The notes under the pieces were generated by a model that searched no databases, was not told the origin of the DNA, and saw only the letters and a program-made list of their open reading frames with translations. Positions 24,890 through 32,470 of a stretch of 37,208 nt of DNA are shown here, one piece after another (positions within the stretch are counted from its first letter, which is position 1; each line of letters begins with the position of its first letter). Position numbers and translations under genes: made by a program. The stretch is taken from positions 1 to 37,208 of the IMG/VR virus record IMGVR_UViG_3300016474_000918. The stretch is one strand, 5' to 3'. This DNA comes from a virus (Duplodnaviria > Caudoviricetes).

Positions 24890-25197
24890 GCCAGCACTCC
24901 CTGTTCATCGTTCCGGCCGAGCACAAGGCTTGGTTTGAGGCCCGAGCGCGGGAACTGGGCAATGATGGCCCGGCTTTGGTAATGGCGCTGTCGGGGACTG
25001 GCCAGGCCCCGGCCACGCATGGCTGGTGCGGTGTGGCGTTGAGTGCGGCTAAGGAAGCCCAAGTTCAAGCCCTGATCGACGCCAATCCAGAGCGCCAAGT
25101 GGACTGGACCCGCTACGACCTCGGCACCAATTCCGGCCGGCCCGACCAACGCGCGGCCGAGCTAGGCCTGCAGCGAATCGCCGCCGCCTTTTCCTGA
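24886..25197 (+). CDS. Hypothetical protein (103 aa)
   Basis: ATGA overlap; LSGTGQAPATH motif. Confidence 0.7.
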   Translation: MSQHSLFIVPAEHKAWFEARARELGNDGPALVMALSGTGQAPATHGWCGVALSAAKEAQVQALIDANPERQVDWTRYDLGTNSGRPDQRAAELGLQRIAAAFS

Positions 25198-25200
25198 CCC

Positions 25201-25800
25201 ATGCTCGCGCAACTCGCCACTGTCAAGACGCGCCTCGGCATCAGCACCGATACCGAGAACACCGTCCTGACCAACTACATCGAGCTGGCCTCGGGCCTGT
25301 TCGACAAGCACTGCAACCGCAAGTTCGCCCGCAGCGCGTCGGCCACGGACGAATTCCACGCGGACCACTGCGAGCTGAACCTGTCCCGCCCGCCGTTGGA
25401 GTCGGTCACAAGCTTTGAGCTGAAGTCAAACGAGACCGACGGCTGGGAGGCGCAGACCGGCGTGGACTACATTGCCAACCGCACACCCGGCGGTTGCATC
25501 CTGTCGCTGTCCGCTCCGCTCGGCACCTACCGCCAGCGCGTGCGGGTGACCTACGCCGGCGGCTACGTCCTGCCCGGCGGCACGCCCAGCGGCAGCCAAG
25601 TGGCGTTGCCCGACGAGATCGAGCACGCCTGCGTGGAGCAGGTGGTCTTCTGGTATCAGAACCGCACAAAGCTCGGCCTGTCGTCCGCGTCCGGCGGCGG
25701 GGCCAGCGTCGGCTTCGAGGCCAAGTCCGTCGTTGAACCACTCGCGCTGCTGCCCCAAGTCCGCGCGGCCCTCGCGGCGCATGTGAGGTGGAACCCGTGA
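25201..25800 (+). CDS. Head-tail connector/adaptor (gp6-like)
   Basis: LATVKTRLGI, HCNRKF, VRVTYAGGY and PDEIEHAC motifs. Confidence 0.85.
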   Translation: MLAQLATVKTRLGISTDTENTVLTNYIELASGLFDKHCNRKFARSASATDEFHADHCELNLSRPPLESVTSFELKSNETDGWEAQTGVDYIANRTPGGCILSLSAPLGTYRQRVRVTYAGGYVLPGGTPSGSQVALPDEIEHACVEQVVFWYQNRTKLGLSSASGGGASVGFEAKSVVEPLALLPQVRAALAAHVRWNP

Positions 25801-26444
25801 ACGCCACGATTCAACACGACGGCAGCACGCGGCTCGCGATCCGGGGCCTTGTCCTGCTTGATGCACGCGCCGTCCAAGCGGCCGGCAGAGGCCTTGCCGC
25901 CGGCCTGAATCACGCGCGCACCGTGGCGCAGCAGAAGTTTCTCAGCGGCCCCCGGCCCTCGCGGCTGGACGTGGTCACCACCCGGCTGCGCGGCAGCATC
26001 ACTTCCAAGGTCGAGGTCAGCGGCGACCGCGTGCTGGGCCGGATCGGCAGCAACGTGCCGTATGCTTTGACGCATGAGTTCGGGCTGGTGGGCCGCGCGC
26101 CCATCAAAGTGCGCGCGCACGAGCGCAGCCGCGAGCAGATTGGCGCGGTGGGCGTCGAACGCTTGCGCACCGTCCAGAGCGGCAAGAACGCGGGCAAGCT
26201 CATCAGCGACCTGTTCCGCCTCGATGCCCAGGGCAACCGCATCGGCTACAAGCGCACGCTGAAACAGGTGGCCGCCAAGCAGAACCGGCTCGACGACATC
26301 GTGACCGGCCAGGTGCGCGCCCACGAGCGCAAGGACTTCAAGTATCGCGGCCGCCCCTTCCTGCGCCCGGCGCTCGAAGAGTCCAAGCCCGTCATCCTTG
26401 CCGAGATCAAGCGCCAGCTCGACACGTTGACCGCCACCGCCTAG
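25788..26444 (+). CDS. Virion morphogenesis / tail completion protein (Mu G or HK97 gp10-like)
   Basis: TTRLRGSI, IGSNVPYALTHEFG and RPFLRPAL motifs. Confidence 0.8.
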   Translation: MEPVNATIQHDGSTRLAIRGLVLLDARAVQAAGRGLAAGLNHARTVAQQKFLSGPRPSRLDVVTTRLRGSITSKVEVSGDRVLGRIGSNVPYALTHEFGLVGRAPIKVRAHERSREQIGAVGVERLRTVQSGKNAGKLISDLFRLDAQGNRIGYKRTLKQVAAKQNRLDDIVTGQVRAHERKDFKYRGRPFLRPALEESKPVILAEIKRQLDTLTATA

Positions 26445-26447
26445 CCC

Positions 26448-26915
26448 ATGCCCAGCATCCGCCAACAGATCGCCGACTTCGTGAGCACCACGCTCACGGC
26501 GGCGGTGTTGCAGACCTCGGGCAGCACTCTGACGGCGGGCAAGGTCATCGAGATGAAGCACAAGGCCAGCATCCTTGCCGTGGCCGCGCAGAAGCCCGCG
26601 CTGCACTTTGCCCTGGGCGACGAGACGGCGCTCGACGCGATCGACAACCAAGGTTGCACACTCACGTGCCCGCTGGACCTGAAGATTGTCACGGCCGACT
26701 ACCTTGACCTCCCGGCTACGGTCGAGGTCATCGCCGCCGCCGTGCAGGACGCCATCGAGGCCGACCGCACGTTCGGCGGGCTGCTCTGCGACGTGCTGCG
26801 CTACGACGGCCGGCAGGAGTTTCTGGAGACCGCCAGCGCGCCCGACGGCGGCACGGTCCTCAGCTACCGCATCCAATACCGCCGAAAACACGGCGACACC
26901 GACGGCGCTTACTGA
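26448..26915 (+). CDS. Putative tail terminator
   Basis: Position before the tail tube; DRTFGGL motif. Confidence 0.65.
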   Translation: MPSIRQQIADFVSTTLTAAVLQTSGSTLTAGKVIEMKHKASILAVAAQKPALHFALGDETALDAIDNQGCTLTCPLDLKIVTADYLDLPATVEVIAAAVQDAIEADRTFGGLLCDVLRYDGRQEFLETASAPDGGTVLSYRIQYRRKHGDTDGAY

Positions 26916-26952
26916 CCCCTTCAGCTTTCAACCCTCAACCCTCCACTAAATC

Positions 26953-27942
26953 ATGGCTGTCGAAATCAACGCAATCGGTGCCCTGCTCGGCAAGATCGAG
27001 TCCAGCTACGGCACGGACCCCACGCCCACCGGCGGCAGCAATGCCATCCCGGCCGTGCGCAACACCGTGACGCTCACGCCGCAGAACGAACGGGCCGAGC
27101 GCATCCTGCTTGATGGCGGCTACTCGCGCCTGATCGGCGACACCTCCATGCCGCGCATGAAGATTGCCTTCAGCGTCGAGCTGCTGGGCAACGGCACCAT
27201 CCAGAACGGCAGCACGGTCCACGCGTATCTCTCGCCGCTGCTCAAGGCCTGCGATCTCACCGAGACCGCCACCGCCGAGACCAGCGGCGGCGCGGCGGAC
27301 GGCTACATCACCTACACGCTCGGCGTGCCCAGTGACGCCGGCAGCAGCGTGACCTTCTATTTCCACAGCCAGCTCAAGAAGCACATCCTCACCGGCTGCA
27401 AGGGCACGGTGAAGTTTCGGCTGGAGGCGGGCAAGTATGCCTACGCTGATTTTGAGTTCACCGGGCTTTACAACGCGATCGCCGACTCGTCCTTCCCGTC
27501 GCTGACCAACAGCTACACGAACAAGCCGCCGCTGTTCGTCAGCGCCGGCACGCTCACGTGGGGCAGCTACACGCCGCTCATCAGCCGCCTCGATCTCGAT
27601 GTGGCCAACGCCATTGGCATGCGGCCCGATCCCACGCAGGCCACCGGCATCAAGGGCTTTGTCATCACCGACCGCGCGCCCAACGGCAGCTTCGACCCCG
27701 AGCAGGTGGCCGAAGCCACGCAGCCGTGGTGGGCGGACTGGCGCACGCCCACGCTCCGCACGCTTACCGCGCTGCTGGGCAGCACGGCGGGCAACAAGTT
27801 CCAGTTCACCGTCACCAGCCAGCTCACCGATGTCTCGCCCGGCGAACGCAACGGGGTGCGGATTCACAATGCGAAGTTCGACATCGTGAAGACCAACATC
27901 GGCACGACCAACGGCAACGAGTTTCAGCTCAAAATGTTCTGA
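26953..27942 (+). CDS. Major tail tube protein
   Basis: KIESSYGTDP, LLKAC, SVTFYF and GCKG motifs; no sheath gene is present. Confidence 0.8.
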   Translation: MAVEINAIGALLGKIESSYGTDPTPTGGSNAIPAVRNTVTLTPQNERAERILLDGGYSRLIGDTSMPRMKIAFSVELLGNGTIQNGSTVHAYLSPLLKACDLTETATAETSGGAADGYITYTLGVPSDAGSSVTFYFHSQLKKHILTGCKGTVKFRLEAGKYAYADFEFTGLYNAIADSSFPSLTNSYTNKPPLFVSAGTLTWGSYTPLISRLDLDVANAIGMRPDPTQATGIKGFVITDRAPNGSFDPEQVAEATQPWWADWRTPTLRTLTALLGSTAGNKFQFTVTSQLTDVSPGERNGVRIHNAKFDIVKTNIGTTNGNEFQLKMF

Positions 27943-27945
27943 CCT

Positions 27946-28161
27946 ATGGCCGTCCCCAAACACCGCGCCATCCTCGCCGCCGAGCGCACCACCGTCGTGG
28001 GCGCGCGCGCCACGCACCGCCATGCGCCCGAGCGCGTCGGCGAGATCATCGCCGAGGTCAACGGCGTTTGCACCGTGCGTTACGAGCACGAGACCGAAGC
28101 CGGCGGCAACCTTCACACCTTCGGCACCTTTCCCCTGTCCGAACTCACCCTCACGCCATGA
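27946..28161 (+). CDS. Hypothetical protein (71 aa)
   Basis: Operon packing, ATGA overlap. Confidence 0.6.
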   Translation: MAVPKHRAILAAERTTVVGARATHRHAPERVGEIIAEVNGVCTVRYEHETEAGGNLHTFGTFPLSELTLTP

Positions 28162-28634
28162 GCCAACCCGAGGAGACCAACGGCCTGTTTGTCACGGTCG
28201 AAGACCACTGCAACGGCTTTAAGAAGGTGCTGGTGGAAACCCGCGCCGGCGCGACCGAGGAGATCATCCTGCACGCGCCCAGCCGCCGCGTGACCCGCAC
28301 GCAGCTGAACCGCGACGTGCCCGCCGAGCAGTTCCCGTGGCAGGTCATTAGCCTGTGCCTGGACCGCCACTTGGTGGAAGCGCAGGGCGAGCGCTGGCTG
28401 GACCAGCTCACGCCCGACAGCGCCGCGCTGGTGGAGGTCACGTCCTTCTGCCTGACCTTCGGCAGCGGCTGGCAAAAAAAAATGGAAGCGCTGGCCATGG
28501 CGCGCCTGACCCCCTTGCCGAACTCCGCGCCGAGCAACGGCTCGTCGCCAGCGGATGGCCCCGCGCCGATCTCGATCGTTGGAGCTGGCCCGTCTTCTGG
28601 CTCCGCTTTGCCCTCGCCGAGCAGCAAGTCCTGA
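28158..28634 (+). CDS. Tail assembly chaperone (G-like); a -1 frameshift product would extend to 28801
   Basis: Lies between tube and tape measure; A9 slippery run at 28474-28482; the -1 frame is open to 28801. Confidence 0.75.
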   Translation: MSQPEETNGLFVTVEDHCNGFKKVLVETRAGATEEIILHAPSRRVTRTQLNRDVPAEQFPWQVISLCLDRHLVEAQGERWLDQLTPDSAALVEVTSFCLTFGSGWQKKMEALAMARLTPLPNSAPSNGSSPADGPAPISIVGAGPSSGSALPSPSSKS

Positions 28635-28793
28635 CGGACGCGCTCTTGCAGGCCGGCGCAGTCTGGAATGGTGACAAGATGCAACCGCAACTCTCAGCCC
28701 TCACGCAGCAGGTCAACGACCTGATGGGCCTCAGCGCCCAAGCGCCCGACCGCGGCGAGCTGAGCTGGGAAGAACTGAAGAAGGCGGCCGGCT

Positions 28794-30773
28794 ATGGCTG
28801 ACGAGCAGAAACTCAGATACACGGTCGAGATCAACAAGGCCGGCACCGGCGCGGCGCAGGCGGCGCGCGAGCTGCAGGAGGTTAGCAAGGCCGCGGAAAC
28901 GTCCGTGAAATCGCTGGCCGCAGCGGGCCGCGAGCTGAAGTCCGCGCTGGCCGCCGTGGCGGGGGCCGCAATCATCCGCGAGTCGATCCAAGCCTTCACC
29001 GAGCAGGACGCCGCCGTGCGCCGGCTCAACGGCACGCTCATTGCCCTCGGCCGCAACGGGGCCGACACCAGCCGCCAGCTCCAGCAGCTCGCGCAGTCCG
29101 TCACGCTGCCGCCCGGCGCGTCGCGCAATTCGGTGCTGGATGCCATCGCCGAACTGACCCGCAACGGCGCAGCCACCAGCGACCTGCCCCGCCTCACGCA
29201 GATGGTCATGGACCTCGCGGCCGCCGGCTACGGCGTCGAGCGCGCGGCGGATGCCATGGGCAATGCGGTGGCGGGCGACTTCGGCAAGCTGGCCAAGATT
29301 CTCAACGTGGACTTCCCGGCGGCGGCTGGGCGCGCAAACAACCTGGCCGAGGCGCTCAGCCTCGTGCAGCAGCGTTTCGGCGGGCTGGCCGCGCAGACGG
29401 CCGGCGGCCTCGGCGGCGGGCTGGCCGAGTTCAACGAGAACCTCACCAAGATCAAGGAGAGCCTCGGGCAGATCGTGCTGACCGGGCTGGAGCCCATCGT
29501 CAAGGAGCTGTCCAGCGCGGCGGCGTTCTGGGCCAAGCTAGTCTCCGGCGAGGCTCCCACCCCCTACGAGCGGCCACCGGGATCCCCAGGCGGCCCGCTG
29601 CGCGGCAGCCCGACGCCGAAAGCAGACCCCCGAGCATTAGTCGATGCCGCCATGGCAGAGCAGCTGATGCGGCAGCGGGAATTTGAAAGCCTGCTCAGGG
29701 CTGCTCGTGACCCGCGCGCGCGTCTTGGCATGGCGGCCGGCGATTCGGATTCAACTCAAGTTGAGCAGCGCCAACTGGCGGCCCTGCAAGAGACCCTTGA
29801 GAAAGGCTTCGTCCTAGAGGAGTTTTATGTTCGGCAGCGTGATGAGTTGGTCAGGGCGTCAGAGCTAAGGAGGGCCAGCCTGGCGACCGAAGGGGCACGC
29901 GAGTCAATGCGCCTCAGCTCCGAGGCGCTCGGCGCTGAAGCGCAGCGGCTGCTGGAGGTCAACCTGCAATACGAGCAGCGCGCCGCCTTGCTGCGCGCCT
30001 ACGCGTTCGACCTCGCGTCCGTGGCGCAGAGCGAAGAGGAAGCCATCAACCGGCTGGTGGCCATGGAGTCGGCCATGCAGCAGCTCAGGAGCGCCACTGA
30101 AATTGCTCGATTTCAAGCGTCTGACTACGGTCGCACCTTAATCGACATTGGCCGGCAAGGGACGCAGGCTTTTGCCGGCGGCTTGTCCAACGCAATGGTC
30201 ACCGCGGCCCGCACCGGCAAGGCGGCGTTTGGTGAGTTTTTCTCCAGCTTCTTTGCCCAGATGGCGCAGGCTATCGCCCAGGCCTTAATGCTGCGCGCGA
30301 TCAGCGGCATATTGGGCGGAATGGGTGTCAGTCCGGGCACCATTCAGGCAATGGGTCTTCCGGCCATGAACGCGGCCGGCGGCTTCAACCCGCGCATGAT
30401 GGCCATGGGCGGCGTGCAGACCGTGAGCAGCGCCACCTACTTCCCGCGCTTCAACGCCGTGGCGGGCGAGGCGGGCAGCGAGGTGCTGGCCGTCCTGAGC
30501 AAGCCGCGGTTCATGGCCATCGGCGGGCTGCAAAGCTACGTGGGCAGCGTGCAGGGCTCCGAATTGGCCATGACCAACGCGCGGGACTTGAGAGCGGCAA
30601 TCGGCAATCGGCAATCGCCAATCGGCGGCGAGATCGTGGTGGTGGTGCGCGGCACGAAGGACTTCGAGGCGCGGGTGGTGGACAGCAGCATCGAGGGCGC
30701 GCTGGTGCGCGTCCACAACGAGGTGCTCCAAGACACCGGCCTGCGCAGCGCGATCAAGGAGGTGGGCGCATGA
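28794..30773 (+). CDS. Tape measure protein (659 aa)
   Basis: Ala-rich helical protein; C-terminal AMGG...AGEAGSE motif. Confidence 0.87.
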   Translation: MADEQKLRYTVEINKAGTGAAQAARELQEVSKAAETSVKSLAAAGRELKSALAAVAGAAIIRESIQAFTEQDAAVRRLNGTLIALGRNGADTSRQLQQLAQSVTLPPGASRNSVLDAIAELTRNGAATSDLPRLTQMVMDLAAAGYGVERAADAMGNAVAGDFGKLAKILNVDFPAAAGRANNLAEALSLVQQRFGGLAAQTAGGLGGGLAEFNENLTKIKESLGQIVLTGLEPIVKELSSAAAFWAKLVSGEAPTPYERPPGSPGGPLRGSPTPKADPRALVDAAMAEQLMRQREFESLLRAARDPRARLGMAAGDSDSTQVEQRQLAALQETLEKGFVLEEFYVRQRDELVRASELRRASLATEGARESMRLSSEALGAEAQRLLEVNLQYEQRAALLRAYAFDLASVAQSEEEAINRLVAMESAMQQLRSATEIARFQASDYGRTLIDIGRQGTQAFAGGLSNAMVTAARTGKAAFGEFFSSFFAQMAQAIAQALMLRAISGILGGMGVSPGTIQAMGLPAMNAAGGFNPRMMAMGGVQTVSSATYFPRFNAVAGEAGSEVLAVLSKPRFMAIGGLQSYVGSVQGSELAMTNARDLRAAIGNRQSPIGGEIVVVVRGTKDFEARVVDSSIEGALVRVHNEVLQDTGLRSAIKEVGA

Positions 30774-31876
30774 GCGATGTTCTTTACCCGTTGCCCTCGA
30801 TCGGCAACTTGCAGGTGCGACGCATCAGCCGGACCATCAAGGACGAGTTTGAGGACGGCAGCCAGCAGAGCCGGCGGCTGTGGACGGCCAACTACTTCAA
30901 GCGCCAGTTCACGGTGCAGCACGAGAACCTGACGCAGCGGGAGTTCGACATTCTGGCGTCCTTTCTGGCGGCCCGCGACGGCGGCTACGATTCGTTCTGG
31001 TATCGGGACAACCACAACTTCGGCGGCAACGCCAAGGTGCGGCTGGCCGGTGATTTGCCGATGGATCGCGGCGGGGCCAAGAAGTGGTCGCCGCAAATTG
31101 TGCTGGAGGAGGTTGCCCCGCTGCGCGTGCTGCCGAGCCCGGAGGAAATCGTCGCGGCCGGCTACGGCTACCCGGTGGCCTGGTATGACGCGAACCGGCA
31201 GGTGCTTTACCGGCTGGGCGTGGACTACTACGGAGGCACCACCATGCCCAACCAGGTGCGCTTCCGCACCTCGGGCGAGGCGCAGGACTTGGTGGAGCAG
31301 TCCGGCGCGGCCTACGTGCCGGTCAACAACTACCTCGCCCAATACCAATGGCTGCGGGGCGACGGCGCAACCTGGCTCAAGACCTCGGCGAACCAGTCCT
31401 ATGGGGCGACGCCGGCCTTCAGCATCTTCCTTGTGGCCCGATGCAGCACGGTCAGCACCAAGCAAATCCTGTTCGCCACGGGCACCATCGGCGCGGGCCA
31501 GTGCCTTGGCATTCAGGTGGACGCCAGCAACTACTTCAAGCCGTGGGTGGGCGCGAGCGAGACATGGAGCACGGCGCGCTACTTGAACTCGGCCGCCGAG
31601 ACGTGGCGCTCCATAGCGGTAACGTGGGCCAGCGCCAGCACCACGGCCAAGCTCTACGTCAACGGCTCGCTGATCGGCAGCGAGGCCAATGCGCGGTCCT
31701 ACGTGGCCGGGCCGCACTCGCTGATGGCGGCGAGCGATGGGTCCTCAGTCATGGGCGGCCTGACCTACAACGACGTGAACCACGCGATGTGCGAAAACGC
31801 GGAGTGGTCACTGGCCCAGATCAAAGCCATTCACAATTTGGTGGCCTACCAATACGGCATGGCCACGGTTTCCTGA
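30770..31876 (+). CDS. Distal tail protein with C-terminal LamG-like domain
   Basis: FEDGSQQSR and FLAARDGGYDSFWY (Dit-like); WRSIAVTW...KLYVNG (LamG). Confidence 0.72.
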   Translation: MSDVLYPLPSIGNLQVRRISRTIKDEFEDGSQQSRRLWTANYFKRQFTVQHENLTQREFDILASFLAARDGGYDSFWYRDNHNFGGNAKVRLAGDLPMDRGGAKKWSPQIVLEEVAPLRVLPSPEEIVAAGYGYPVAWYDANRQVLYRLGVDYYGGTTMPNQVRFRTSGEAQDLVEQSGAAYVPVNNYLAQYQWLRGDGATWLKTSANQSYGATPAFSIFLVARCSTVSTKQILFATGTIGAGQCLGIQVDASNYFKPWVGASETWSTARYLNSAAETWRSIAVTWASASTTAKLYVNGSLIGSEANARSYVAGPHSLMAASDGSSVMGGLTYNDVNHAMCENAEWSLAQIKAIHNLVAYQYGMATVS

Positions 31877-31877
31877 T

Positions 31878-32366
31878 ATGCACACCGCCAGCACCAGCGA
31901 CTTCAATGCGGCCATCCGGGAACTGTTTCCCGGCTGCGGCTTTCCACCCATCGAGCGCTCGGCAGGCGTCATGGTTCCGTCGCGGGCATGGTTTGAGTCC
32001 AACTGGAACCAGCAATGGTGGGACTACTGCGCGGCGCGCGAGTTCCGCTACCTGCCGGGCTCGGGCATGTGCGAGCAGTTTAGCCGGGCCGCGCTCACCG
32101 AGCTGAACTTCAACTGCATCGAGACCGTGCGCCAGGCCGAGCCCGATCGGCGCGACGTCCATGTGGCGGCCCGCGAGGTCTTCGTGATGATCGCGCCTGG
32201 CGCGGAACTGAACGGCGTGCGCGACGGCATGCACAGCACGATTCTCGTGTGGCTGCACGAGGCGGACGGCACGCGCCAGCTCTGGTTTTGGGAACCGCAG
32301 AACCGCCGGCTCACACTGGCGTCGCGCGCGGCCGCCCAATCAATCCTGTGTTTCTTCGCCCAATGA
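31878..32366 (+). CDS. Putative papain/transglutaminase-like cysteine hydrolase
   Basis: MCEQFSR...MHSTIL...WFWEPQ resembles the CDDF/H/EPQ pattern of the agglutinin-C (MOA-like) protease domain. Confidence 0.55.
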   Translation: MHTASTSDFNAAIRELFPGCGFPPIERSAGVMVPSRAWFESNWNQQWWDYCAAREFRYLPGSGMCEQFSRAALTELNFNCIETVRQAEPDRRDVHVAAREVFVMIAPGAELNGVRDGMHSTILVWLHEADGTRQLWFWEPQNRRLTLASRAAAQSILCFFAQ

Positions 32367-32470
32367 AAGCCCTATTCAGCCTTCTTGCTGTCGTCCTGCT
32401 GGCCGGTTGCAGCACGGCTGGCCGCCGTCATTCCATCCCCGCGCCGCAGCCCATTGCCTTGGCCCGCTGA
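32363..32470 (+). CDS. Very small lipoprotein (35 aa)
   Basis: MKALFSLLAVVLLAG-C lipobox; overlaps both neighbouring genes at start and stop. Confidence 0.6.
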   Translation: MKALFSLLAVVLLAGCSTAGRRHSIPAPQPIALAR

